Assembly (NCBI GenBank): GCA_045124875.1
Contig: JBGVMR010000045.1
Span: 75,136 to 139,135 of the forward strand
Reading direction: 5' to 3'
DNA length: 64,000 nt
DNA from: Akkermansia sp.
Lineage (GTDB): Bacteria; Verrucomicrobiota; Verrucomicrobiia; Verrucomicrobiales; Akkermansiaceae
Both the position numbers and the translations under genes were made by a program. A model generated the notes under the pieces. The model ran no database searches, was not told where the DNA came from, and was given only the letters and a program-made list of their open reading frames with translations. Position 1 is the stretch's first letter; each line of letters starts with the position of its first letter. This document shows positions 18,518-27,859 of the stretch, one piece after another.

Positions 18518-20203
18518 ATGAAAATAAGATTACCGAAAGCGATGCTGGCAGCAGTGCTTAGCGCTATGCTGGTTAGCGGTGTCCAAGCCGCCACTTTGTA
18601 CCCCTACGAGGTACTGGAGCTTGGGGCGGGGGAAACAACAACATGGCAAAATTTTGATAACCTTCAAGGGGGCGATGCCGACTCTCCTTTTGTAAAGGAT
18701 GGTGAGGGCACCTTGCGCTTCGAGAATGTACAAGGCAGCACTTCTAATTACTACAAGGCTCCTATCGTTGCCCGAGAGGGTAAGGTAGAGTTTGTAAACA
18801 GCACCATTTATGCCCATGGTGCGTACACGCCCTCCGGGCCTGTTAATACTTGGTTGATGGTGGGTGGTCAGAATGCTGAAATGACATTCACTAACTCCTC
18901 ATTCAACATTGCCACAGGAGAAACCCACATGAATGTAGGCACCGCAGACGGTAGCGGTACTCTTACCCTTGACAATACCAACATGAAGATAACCGGCTCC
19001 ATCTTCTCCGGTTACCATAGCTATGCAGGTAATGAAGATAGCTGGGGCTTAGGTTGGTACTATAATTATAACGGCACAGCCGCAACAGATGATATCTCTG
19101 CGGAAAAACAGAACCCCAAAAGCATAGAACACCGTTATACCGAGGGCTTTTATACCGATGGCTACAATGGCCAAAATCGCAAGTTTGGTGAGGGTACCAT
19201 CAATGTCACCAATGGCTCCAAACTTGATGTTGCCACGGCTTTCACCATGGGCACCTCTACTCTTAATGTAGACGGCGCAGGCTCTACCGTAGTTTCTCAA
19301 ACCGGTTATGGCGGTATTGTTGCCGATGGTTCCGAGTATGAAGATACCTACGCTATTATTTTGGGCCGATGGAGCGGTGCTGAAAGCACCATCAATGTAA
19401 CCAACGGCGCACAGATTGAATCCTACGGCCAGCTGCGTACACAGCGTTCCTCCGGTCTGGCAAACACCTATAGCGAAATTAACGTAGACGGTGAGGGCTC
19501 CAAATTCCATGTAAAGGCAACTGCCAATTTGGGCTTATACGAGGGTACCAATAACACCACCGTCGTGAACGTCACAAATGGTGGCGAGGCTGCCTTTGCC
19601 AAGACTGTGATGGGAGCTTCCGGGGTAGACGTCAACATCGATTCTACCTCTACACTCAGCTCCGACCTTATCGAGGTGAAAAACGGTTCTCTGGATAACG
19701 ACGGCACCATCTCTGCTTACACCGATGACTCTGTTGAAGCCATGCTTAAACTCGTTGGTGGCAGCGTTGTTAACACCGGTACCATTGAGATTGATACCAT
19801 GATTGACTCCGGTGACTTGACGCTCAATGGTGGCCTTATGGCTGATATAACCATGAACGGAGGAGAGCTCTATGTGGATGGCTACTCTAAAACCGAATCT
19901 TTGACCCTTAACGGTGGTACGGTTTGGTTCAGTGAGGGCGCTGTACTTGACCTGCAGGGCAATGAGCTCGTGCTCAACGGTGCCGATTTGGTGCTGATGG
20001 TTGCCGATGGCGCTCAACTCTCCGATAAATATACGCTCTTTACCAACGCTTCAAAAGACGTAGAGTTCAATATTACCCTTGTAGATGATCAAGGCAATAA
20101 TCTTGGCTCTGCTACGGGTGTTGCTTCAATCCCCGAGCCGACCACGGCTACACTCTCCTTGCTTGCCCTCGCTGGCTTGGCTGCCCGCCGTCGCCGCAAG
20201 TAA
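18518..20203 (+). CDS. PEP-CTERM surface protein with beta-helix-like body
   Basis: MKIRLPKAMLAAVL signal peptide, T/G/N-rich repeats, C-terminal IPEPTTATLSLLALAGLAARRRRK. Confidence 0.93.
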   Translation: MKIRLPKAMLAAVLSAMLVSGVQAATLYPYEVLELGAGETTTWQNFDNLQGGDADSPFVKDGEGTLRFENVQGSTSNYYKAPIVAREGKVEFVNSTIYAHGAYTPSGPVNTWLMVGGQNAEMTFTNSSFNIATGETHMNVGTADGSGTLTLDNTNMKITGSIFSGYHSYAGNEDSWGLGWYYNYNGTAATDDISAEKQNPKSIEHRYTEGFYTDGYNGQNRKFGEGTINVTNGSKLDVATAFTMGTSTLNVDGAGSTVVSQTGYGGIVADGSEYEDTYAIILGRWSGAESTINVTNGAQIESYGQLRTQRSSGLANTYSEINVDGEGSKFHVKATANLGLYEGTNNTTVVNVTNGGEAAFAKTVMGASGVDVNIDSTSTLSSDLIEVKNGSLDNDGTISAYTDDSVEAMLKLVGGSVVNTGTIEIDTMIDSGDLTLNGGLMADITMNGGELYVDGYSKTESLTLNGGTVWFSEGAVLDLQGNELVLNGADLVLMVADGAQLSDKYTLFTNASKDVEFNITLVDDQGNNLGSATGVASIPEPTTATLSLLALAGLAARRRRK

Positions 20204-20228
20204 AGCTTCGTTTTCTTCATATAATATC

Positions 20229-20264
20229 AACACCATTGCTCTTCGCCGGGCAATGGTGTTTTTC
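20229..20264 (+). terminator. Intrinsic terminator
   Basis: aacaccattgc/gcaatggtgtt stem followed by a T-run. Confidence 0.8.
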
Positions 20265-20389
20265 TTTACCCTGCATATAAAAACCGCCCCGGCAGACATC
20301 AACCTACCGAGGCAATCCATCTGAACCGGCGCAACCTTACATAGCCTTAAGCATACCGGACAAATAACTGGCCAACTCCTCAAACCCAT

Positions 20390-20421
20390 AAAAAAAGGGA
20401 TGTGTTTCCACATCCCTTTTT
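20390..20421. terminator. Intrinsic terminator for the minus-strand operon
   Basis: aaaaaagggatgtg-tttc-cacatcccttttt. Confidence 0.8.
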
Positions 20422-20440
20422 GAAAGATCTGTTCTGAGGG

Positions 20441-21805
20441 TTAATCCAGTCGAATAGTTTTACCGGGCTCGGGTACAATGATATTGCTTTGCGGCAGCTT
20501 GTTGCTCAACTCTGCATGCATGGAGGCGGTGGCCTCGGGGTCGCCGTGTACGAGAACGATAGTCTTGGGGGCGAGGGTGCAGGCGTAGTTAATGAGGGCC
20601 GCACGCGTGGCGTGGCCGGAGAAGTCGAAGGTTTCGATGCGGCAGCGCAGGGGGTAGCCTTGGCCTTTGCCGTTGGGTTTCACAATATCGCCGTGGTTGG
20701 TGGCTTTGATGCGGCCGGCGGGGGAGTCGGGGTCGCTGTAGCCTACAAAGAGGATGGCATCTTTGGGGTGCGGCAGCACTTGCGAGGCCATGTTGTAAGA
20801 GACGGTGTGCTCGCTCATCATGCCGCTGGAGACCAGGTAGATATTGCCGGGGCTGACTACCAGCGGGCCTTTGCCTTGTTTGGGCAGGCCGTGGGTTTCT
20901 ACATTGTCTTTGAGCTTGTAGCCGGGGGTGAGGCGCGGCGTGCTGTCGCTGAGTTTGTCGTATATCAGCGTAATTTTGGAGCTGAGGCCGCCGAAGTAAA
21001 CCGGTACATCGGGGATGAGCCCTTTTTCTTTGAATCTGCCCAGCTCGCAGAGCAGCTCTTGGCTCTTGCCGAGGGCAAATACAGGTATGAGCACGGCGCC
21101 GCCGTCTTCCAGTACCTCGCGAATAGCAGTAGCAAAGCGCAGCAGCTCTTTTTCGCGGGTGTAGTCAGTGGCGCGTTCGGTGCAACCGTGGGTGCATTCC
21201 ATGATGAGAATATCCACCCCTTCCTGCGGAAAATCTGCGCCGCCGATGAGGGTTTGGTTGTCGAACTGCACGTCGCCTGTGTAAAAGACGGTGGTGCCGG
21301 AGACGCTTTCGAGCATGACGCCGCAAGAGCCGAGGATGTGCCCGGCATCGTACAGTGTTGCAAGCACATTGCCATTATACCCGGTGCGGAAGGATTCATT
21401 GTACGGGCGGCCGATCCAAGCGCGGGACAAGCGCTCCAGCTCGCCGTGTGTGTAGAAGGGGTATTCTGCAATACCCTCTGCCACGCGCTTGCTGGTCATC
21501 ACGTTGACAGAGTTGTGCAGCATGGCATCACCCACTTTCACGGTGCCTTCCGTCATGATAACCTCTGCATTGGGGTATTCATGTTGGAATACGGGCAGGG
21601 TGCCGATGTGGTCTAAGTGAGAGTGTGTAATGAAGATGCAGTCGGGGTCTGCCGCGCCGATGAGTTTGTAGTCGGGCTTGGCCTCGTTGCCGTCTTTTTT
21701 AGGATGCATCCCTGCATCCAACACGATGCGAGAGCCCTCCAGGTCCAACAGATAGCTGTTGGCGCCGATTTCGTCTGCTCCCGTCAGATTGGTAAATGTA
21801 ATCAT
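20441..21805 (-). CDS. MBL-fold/beta-CASP RNA-processing hydrolase
   Basis: THSHLDH, AGHILGS, YTGD and FSGHA motifs. Confidence 0.9.
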   Translation of the reverse strand: MITFTNLTGADEIGANSYLLDLEGSRIVLDAGMHPKKDGNEAKPDYKLIGAADPDCIFITHSHLDHIGTLPVFQHEYPNAEVIMTEGTVKVGDAMLHNSVNVMTSKRVAEGIAEYPFYTHGELERLSRAWIGRPYNESFRTGYNGNVLATLYDAGHILGSCGVMLESVSGTTVFYTGDVQFDNQTLIGGADFPQEGVDILIMECTHGCTERATDYTREKELLRFATAIREVLEDGGAVLIPVFALGKSQELLCELGRFKEKGLIPDVPVYFGGLSSKITLIYDKLSDSTPRLTPGYKLKDNVETHGLPKQGKGPLVVSPGNIYLVSSGMMSEHTVSYNMASQVLPHPKDAILFVGYSDPDSPAGRIKATNHGDIVKPNGKGQGYPLRCRIETFDFSGHATRAALINYACTLAPKTIVLVHGDPEATASMHAELSNKLPQSNIIVPEPGKTIRLD

Positions 21806-21817
21806 GTCTTCTTTTTA

Positions 21818-23104
21818 TTATTCGGGGAGGCATTCATCCTCAACAATTTGAGCCAAGTTTTGGCGCTTGCGGATGATGTGCCAATGCTCGCCGTCTACCA
21901 GCACTTCTGCTGCAAGCGGGCGTGAGTTATAGTTGGAGGCCATGCTGAACCCATAGGCGCCGGCGCTCATTTCTGCCAAGATTTCGCCGGGTTTTACATC
22001 GGCAATTTTGCGGTTTTGGGCTTGGAAGTCGCCACTCTCGCAGATGGGGCCTACGATATCGGCAATGATGGTGTCATTGTGGTGTTCCTTAACAGGCCAA
22101 ATCTCATGGTAGCCTTCGTAGAGCGCGGGGCGTATGATGTCGTTCATGCCGGCATCTATCATCTTGAATGTTTTGGCTTCTCCCTTTTTCTCGTACAGGC
22201 AAGTGGTAAGCATGCAGGCGGCATTGCCGACCAAACGGCGGCCCGGCTCAACCAAAATCTTGAGCCCCAAGGGCTGCAGAAGCGGTATGATGGCATCTGC
22301 GTAGCTCTTGAAGGTTATTTGCTCCGGGTGCTTAGCCCACCACTCCGGTGAGCCGGACTCTAAGCAGCCATCGTACACAATGCCGATACCGCCGCCGATG
22401 CTCCAGAACTCGATGTTGTAAAGCTCTTTGAACTTTTTAGCCACGGGGGCTACTTTTTCGATGGCTTTGACAAAGGGTGCAACATCCGTAAGCTGAGAGC
22501 CTATGTGCATTTGCAAACCGCGTATGTAGAGGTGGGGCATTTCTGCCGCAATGGTTGCATACAGCTCTTCGATGCGAGAGAAGTCTACGCCGAACTTGTT
22601 TTCATTGGTGCCGGTGGTAATGTACTTGTGCGTGTTGGCCTCCACATTGGGGTTAACGCGCACGGCCACGGGGGCTTTAACGCCCAATTCACCGGCAATG
22701 CGGTTAATTTCTCGCAGCTCGTTCTCGCTTTCACAGTTGAAACAATAGATGTTCAGACTGAGTGCGTAGCGAATCTCTGCTTCCGTTTTGCCGACACCGG
22801 CGTAGGTGCAAAGGGTGGGGTCGCCACCGGCGTTGACAACGCGCCACAGTTCACCGCCGGAAACAATGTCGAACCCCACGCCTTGTTTGGCCATCAGGTT
22901 AAGAATCGCCTTGTTGGAGCATGCTTTTACAGCGTATGCAATATGGGCATTCAGCGGGGCAAGAACCTGTTGCAGCTCTGCCAAATCATCCATAATGGTT
23001 TTGCGGCTGTATACAAAGGTGGGGGTGCCGACAGTGGCGGCAATGTCTGCCAGATTGACATCCTCACAGTGCAGGGCGCCGTTTTTGTATGCGAAGGTAT
23101 GCAT
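21818..23104 (-). CDS. lysA: Diaminopimelate decarboxylase
   Basis: YAVKAC, HIGSQ, EPGR, GPICESGD and GAYGFSMASNYN motifs. Confidence 0.95.
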   Translation of the reverse strand: MHTFAYKNGALHCEDVNLADIAATVGTPTFVYSRKTIMDDLAELQQVLAPLNAHIAYAVKACSNKAILNLMAKQGVGFDIVSGGELWRVVNAGGDPTLCTYAGVGKTEAEIRYALSLNIYCFNCESENELREINRIAGELGVKAPVAVRVNPNVEANTHKYITTGTNENKFGVDFSRIEELYATIAAEMPHLYIRGLQMHIGSQLTDVAPFVKAIEKVAPVAKKFKELYNIEFWSIGGGIGIVYDGCLESGSPEWWAKHPEQITFKSYADAIIPLLQPLGLKILVEPGRRLVGNAACMLTTCLYEKKGEAKTFKMIDAGMNDIIRPALYEGYHEIWPVKEHHNDTIIADIVGPICESGDFQAQNRKIADVKPGEILAEMSAGAYGFSMASNYNSRPLAAEVLVDGEHWHIIRKRQNLAQIVEDECLPE

Positions 23105-23115
23105 AAATGTGGTGA

Positions 23116-24234
23116 TTACTCGTTTGTGTTGTTTTCTAAATTCGGGTTTACGTGCTCGGTGTCGTCATCTATGATGGCTGCTACCCAGTAGAGGTCTTTT
23201 GAGTTTTCTAAAGCCAACTTAATGAGAACGGAAATCGGCACTGCCAAGAACATGCCCACGGGCCCCCATACCCAGCCCCACAGCAATACGGAAAGCAATA
23301 CCACAGAGGTTGCAATGCCGAACTGTTTGCCGAGGAATATGGGCTCTATGCCGTTGCCTATTGCAAAGTTAATAGCGATAAAGCCTCCGGCGACGATGAA
23401 CGCATCTCCCCAGCCCCCGAACAACATGGCCATCAGAATGGGAGGAATTGCCGCTACAATGGAACCGATTGTGGGAATGTAGTTGAGCACGTAGGCCAAA
23501 ACGCCCCACAGGAAGGCGAAGGGGACATTCATGGCTGCGCACAGCCACCATGCCAACAAACCGGTGCAGGCGCTTGCTATGGTTTTGATAAACAAGTATT
23601 TTTGAATCCCCTTAAGAGCCTTGAATATTTGCTGCTTGCCGTGAACTTTTTGACTGGGTAAGGAGCGGAAATTTTTGATGAACAAGGGAGCTTCTCCCAA
23701 TAAAAAGGTCATCAGAACCAAGATGAGCGTGGTGATAGACATGAATGAAAGCGCGCCGGAACCTACCGCCTGAGACATGTTGACGATTTTTTCCATGCCC
23801 AGATAATCTTGCGGGGCATTCATTACATGCTTAGCTTCGGTGCCCAGCCCCCACTTATCCAGCCAGCAGATAACGTCTCCGATTTTTTCCTGAAACTTTA
23901 CCACAACTTCGCCTTGCAGGGTGCGTGCCATGTCGGCAGCTAAAAAGCGAATAAGGGTTCCTACGGCAAAGATGATGCCTGCATCAACAATTAAGGTGCA
24001 TATAACCGCCAACCAGTGTGGGAAATGCACTTTCTTACGCAAGATGTCGGTAACGGAGTAACTGATAATTGCCAAAAATGCAGCCAGCATAATCGGCACC
24101 AATAAATCGCGAAGTTCTCGCAGCCCGATGAGGATGACTACGGCTGCGGCCAGCATTACCATGATGCGGGTGCCATCGGCCTTGCCTGATTTGCCTTCCG
24201 GCCTTTTTTCCCATTTCTCGGAATTTTCGCTCAT
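23116..24234 (-). CDS. AI-2E family transporter
   Basis: Multi-TM protein with LNYIPTIGS, IEPIFLG and WGWVWGPVGMFLAVP. Confidence 0.9.
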   Translation of the reverse strand: MSENSEKWEKRPEGKSGKADGTRIMVMLAAAVVILIGLRELRDLLVPIMLAAFLAIISYSVTDILRKKVHFPHWLAVICTLIVDAGIIFAVGTLIRFLAADMARTLQGEVVVKFQEKIGDVICWLDKWGLGTEAKHVMNAPQDYLGMEKIVNMSQAVGSGALSFMSITTLILVLMTFLLGEAPLFIKNFRSLPSQKVHGKQQIFKALKGIQKYLFIKTIASACTGLLAWWLCAAMNVPFAFLWGVLAYVLNYIPTIGSIVAAIPPILMAMLFGGWGDAFIVAGGFIAINFAIGNGIEPIFLGKQFGIATSVVLLSVLLWGWVWGPVGMFLAVPISVLIKLALENSKDLYWVAAIIDDDTEHVNPNLENNTNE

Positions 24235-24309
24235 ACGCGCGTTATTTTACTTATTTTACCTTGATTTTTCAAGCCTTAATATCGCCATAACTTTCTTTCT
24301 GTTGAGAAT

Positions 24310-24347
24310 AAAAAAGCCCCTCTGCAAGCGGAGCCGCAGAGGGGGGA
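24310..24347 (-). terminator. Terminator after the phosphorylase gene
   Basis: ccctctgc/gcagaggg stem preceded by an A-run. Confidence 0.65.
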
Positions 24348-24373
24348 GAAGTCTAAATTGTTCTCTGAGACTG

Positions 24374-26050
24374 TCAGGCGTTGTACATCTTGGTGTAGTA
24401 CTCGTCTGCCATGCGGTCGGAATTGAACGCGGGGGTGATGTCCTCCATGGCATTGAATACGTGGTCAATCCAACCGTCCTTGTTGTCGTAATACAGGGGA
24501 AGTACCTTGGATTCCAAAATGTTGTAGAAGTTGTCGCGGTCGGAGCGGTCGCGGGCCTCGGGGGCCAGACCGGGTTTGGCCTCGGGAATCATGAAGCAGT
24601 TCTCGCCATCGCGAGCAAACTCGCGCACCCAACCATCGTTGGTGGAGATGGTGAGAGAGCCGTTCATGGCGGCAGACATACCGGAGGTACCGGAGGCCTC
24701 GCGTGTTACTACGGGGTTATTCAGCCAGATATCGGAGCCGTTCTTGAGCATGCGGCTGAGGCCGAGCTCGTAACCGGTAAGCACGGCGCAGCGCGGGTAT
24801 TTCTCACTCAGCTTATTAAGCTTGTTGAAGATATCTACTGCGGCAAAGTCTGTGGGGTAGGGTTTGCCTGCCCAAATCATCTGCACGGGGCGATTGGTGC
24901 GTTGCAGCATGCGCTCAAACATAACCGGGTTCTCGGTAATGAGTGCAGGGCGCTTGTAGGCGGCAAAGCGGCGAGCCCATACGATGGTAAGTGTGTCTTG
25001 GTCAAACAGATGCCCGGTTTGCTCACCTACCATGCGGAACAGCTCCTTCTTGAGGGCGCGCTTGCGGTTGACAAAGGCTCTCTTATCGCGTGCGGCAAAG
25101 GCCTCTGCCAACTCTGCATCTTGCCAGTAGTTCAGGTTCTGGGCATTGGTAACATGGGTGATGGGGCAAATATCCGTGTAACCCTGCCACATTTGGCGAG
25201 ATACCTCGCCGTGCAGCTCAGATACACCGTTGGCGATGTGAGATAATCTCAGCGCAGCCAATGTGTAGTTGAATGTTTGCTCGTTCGGATCCAGCTTCAG
25301 CATGCTGCGTACTTGGTCCAGTGACAGACCATCAAAGAAGGAGAAATTAGCCATCAGGTTAATGTCCATCTTCTCATTGCCTGCTTCTTCAGGTGTATGC
25401 GTGGTGAAAACAAAACGCTTGCGTACTTCTTCCACATTGCCGCCGTTGCGGGCCAGCATGTTGAATGCTGCGCCGATGGCGTGGGCCTCGTTCATGTGGT
25501 AAATTTCAGGCTCTACGCCCAGCTCTTCAAACAAACGGGCACCGCCTTGACCCAATACGATGTACTGGGAGATACGGGTCATCGGGTTAGAATCATACAA
25601 GCGCTGGGTGATGGAGCGGCTGATGGCATCGTTCTCCGGCAAATCGGTGCTCAGGAAGAACATGGGGGCTGTGCCGAAGGTCTCCGGGCGCAGGTAGTAG
25701 GCCTTTACCCACACGGGGGCATTGCAAATGTGGATGAGGAACTTGATGTTGTGGTCTTCCAGGAAACTGTACTCTTTGCGGCGGTATTGTACAGCCATAG
25801 AACCATCTTCGGCTCGTATTTGGTTGTAGTAGCCGTATGACCAGAGGATGCCTACGCCGACAAGATTCTGTCTCAGTGCACCGGCAGAGCGCATGTGAGA
25901 GCCGGCCAAATAACCCAGGCCGCCGGAGTAAATCTTGAACACGTTGTCTATGGCGTACTCCATGCAGAAGTAGGCTACGGACTTACTGTACTTGGGGTCT
26001 ATCTCGTACGGGTGTGCGTACTGAGCCGGAAGAAAAGAGGAGGTACTCAT
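24374..26050 (-). CDS. glgP: Short alpha-glucan phosphorylase-family protein (GT35)
   Basis: AYFCMEY, YSGGLGYLAG, HMNEAH, TTHTP, RRFAAYKR and EASGTSGM motifs. ATG 26050 preferred over 26146. Confidence 0.88.
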   Translation of the reverse strand: MSTSSFLPAQYAHPYEIDPKYSKSVAYFCMEYAIDNVFKIYSGGLGYLAGSHMRSAGALRQNLVGVGILWSYGYYNQIRAEDGSMAVQYRRKEYSFLEDHNIKFLIHICNAPVWVKAYYLRPETFGTAPMFFLSTDLPENDAISRSITQRLYDSNPMTRISQYIVLGQGGARLFEELGVEPEIYHMNEAHAIGAAFNMLARNGGNVEEVRKRFVFTTHTPEEAGNEKMDINLMANFSFFDGLSLDQVRSMLKLDPNEQTFNYTLAALRLSHIANGVSELHGEVSRQMWQGYTDICPITHVTNAQNLNYWQDAELAEAFAARDKRAFVNRKRALKKELFRMVGEQTGHLFDQDTLTIVWARRFAAYKRPALITENPVMFERMLQRTNRPVQMIWAGKPYPTDFAAVDIFNKLNKLSEKYPRCAVLTGYELGLSRMLKNGSDIWLNNPVVTREASGTSGMSAAMNGSLTISTNDGWVREFARDGENCFMIPEAKPGLAPEARDRSDRDNFYNILESKVLPLYYDNKDGWIDHVFNAMEDITPAFNSDRMADEYYTKMYNA

Positions 26051-26214
26051 CTTTTTGATTTGATTATGTGTATTATGGTGAAGATTGCGATGCCGCCTTG
26101 CGTCTTCAAAACGCTCGAGCGGATACTTATCATTCTTATACACCAACTCTGCGATACAGAAAAGAAAAAAATGCCGTGGTGACGCAAATCAACCATATTC
26201 TGTAGCCGGACAGC

Positions 26215-26445
26215 TTATTTCGCTTGAGTTGCAAAACGCCGTGTAGAACCCAATGTGTCAATATATTGCACCATTTCAAACAGGTCCATTTCTTTTGTCT
26301 CCGCTTGTTCTGCAAAGAGGAGAAACTCTTCCAGCGCGGCTGATAACATGATGGTGCGATTATGGCACTCAAGGGTGTGCATAGCTGTGTTTAAGCGTGT
26401 CAATTGTGCTTCTGTGCAGCGGAAAGTAACGGATTTAAGCTTCAT
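26215..26445 (-). CDS. Small ribbon-helix-helix-like DNA-binding protein
   Basis: KSVTFRC strand followed by two predicted helices (TEAQLTRLNTAM, NRTIMLSAALEEFL). The fold is inferred. Confidence 0.55.
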   Translation of the reverse strand: MKLKSVTFRCTEAQLTRLNTAMHTLECHNRTIMLSAALEEFLLFAEQAETKEMDLFEMVQYIDTLGSTRRFATQAK

Positions 26446-26551
26446 AGCGCACTCAGCTTATCATGCAACCGGCGTTCTTCAAGTGATGTTGTATGTAAAA
26501 AATCTAATTCGCATGGAAATTGTATGGAATAAGTGATAATCTGATGCCGCC

Positions 26552-26845
26552 ATGAAAACATTACGCAATATTACACGGTTTACGTATGAGTTCACCTCAT
26601 TCCAAGGCTGGCGGGTAACACTCTGCCGCAACCAAATGCACTTTACCCGCTATTTTTCAGATAAGCAGTATGGTGGGGAAGCGGAGTCGTTGGCGGCGGC
26701 CATGGAGACGAGGGAAAAAGTGCTGGCGGCTTTACGCCGTTACCCGCATAACCCGGAGCTTGCCTTCTCTGAATGCAGAGAGGATGTCAATGAAGGCCTG
26801 TATCCGCGGGGGCTGCGCCCGCGTAAATCTCAATGTGTTGGCTAA
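26552..26845 (+). CDS. AP2-domain-like small protein
   Basis: GWRVTLCRNQMHFTRYFSDKQYGGEAESLAAAMETR matches the AP2 three-strand plus helix pattern. Confidence 0.65.
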   Translation: MKTLRNITRFTYEFTSFQGWRVTLCRNQMHFTRYFSDKQYGGEAESLAAAMETREKVLAALRRYPHNPELAFSECREDVNEGLYPRGLRPRKSQCVG

Positions 26846-26855
26846 TGCCGGCGTG

Positions 26856-27833
26856 TCAGAGTATAAGCATGCAATCTCCGTATGAGAAGAAACGGTAGCG
26901 TTGCTCTACAGCTTGCCGGTAGGCCTCCATAATCAACTCTTTACCGGCAAAGGCACATACCAGCATGATGAGGGTGCTTTGCGGCAGGTGGAAGTTGGTG
27001 AGCAGCCCGCCTACTACCTTGTACTCATAACCCGGGTAGATGAAAATGTCTGTGTCTCCGCTGCACGGTTGCAGGGGGCGGCCATGGCGAGTTGCCAAGG
27101 TTTCCAAAACGCGTACGCTGGTGGTGCCCACGGCAATTACTCTGCGGGCTTGCTCTACCGCGGTAGCCGTATCGCCGGGCAGGGTAAAGCTTTCGCGGTG
27201 CATGTGGTGGTCTTCTATGAACTCTGCCTTTACGGGGCGGAACGTGCCCACACCCACATGCAGGGTGACAAAGCTATGCGGTACGGCTGCCAGAATCTCG
27301 GGGGTAAAGTGCAGGCCCGCCGTGGGGGCTGCAATGGCGCCCTCATGCTCGGCATAAACAGTTTGGTATCGTTCTTTATCCGCAGGCTCGCTTTCGCGGT
27401 TCATGTAGTGCGGCAGGGCAAGTCTGCCGTACACCTCGGGGTCAATGAACTTATCCCAGCGGATGTAGCGATAGCCCTCATCATCAATGGATTCTACCGT
27501 GCCGGTGGCATCGCCCACTTGTACGGTGCGCCCCACCTTCATTTTTTTGCCGGGGCGTACCATGCACTTCCACACCAGCTCTTGGGCAAGGCCGGCACGC
27601 ACTAATTCAATGGAGCCATCGTTACTGAAATAGCGCGCCGGTACCACTTTGGTGTTGTTAAGCACAAAGTGGTCACCGGGCTGCACGTATTCGAGAATAT
27701 CGCTGAAGTGTCGGTGCTCGATGAGCCCCGTATCGCGGTGTACCACCAACATGCGGCTCGCTGCGCGGTCCGGCAGCGGGCGGTCGGCTATCAGCTCTTC
27801 CGGCAGATGATAATCAAAATCTACGGTGCGCAT
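26856..27833 (-). CDS. queA: S-adenosylmethionine:tRNA ribosyltransferase-isomerase
   Basis: FDYHLPEELIA, RYQTVYA, AAPTAGLHF, TNFHLPQSTL and FSYGDCM motifs. Confidence 0.97.
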   Translation of the reverse strand: MRTVDFDYHLPEELIADRPLPDRAASRMLVVHRDTGLIEHRHFSDILEYVQPGDHFVLNNTKVVPARYFSNDGSIELVRAGLAQELVWKCMVRPGKKMKVGRTVQVGDATGTVESIDDEGYRYIRWDKFIDPEVYGRLALPHYMNRESEPADKERYQTVYAEHEGAIAAPTAGLHFTPEILAAVPHSFVTLHVGVGTFRPVKAEFIEDHHMHRESFTLPGDTATAVEQARRVIAVGTTSVRVLETLATRHGRPLQPCSGDTDIFIYPGYEYKVVGGLLTNFHLPQSTLIMLVCAFAGKELIMEAYRQAVEQRYRFFSYGDCMLIL

Positions 27834-27859
27834 GTTGGTGGTAATGTTTGTGTTAATTA

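Noticed and set aside
20489-21616. 375-aa plus-strand ORF
   Set aside because: Antisense shadow of the beta-CASP gene.
24128-25246. 372-aa plus-strand ORF
   Set aside because: Antisense shadow of glgP and the AI-2E gene.
26215-26845. Type II toxin-antitoxin pair
   Set aside because: The genes are divergent, not co-transcribed, and neither resembles a toxin family.
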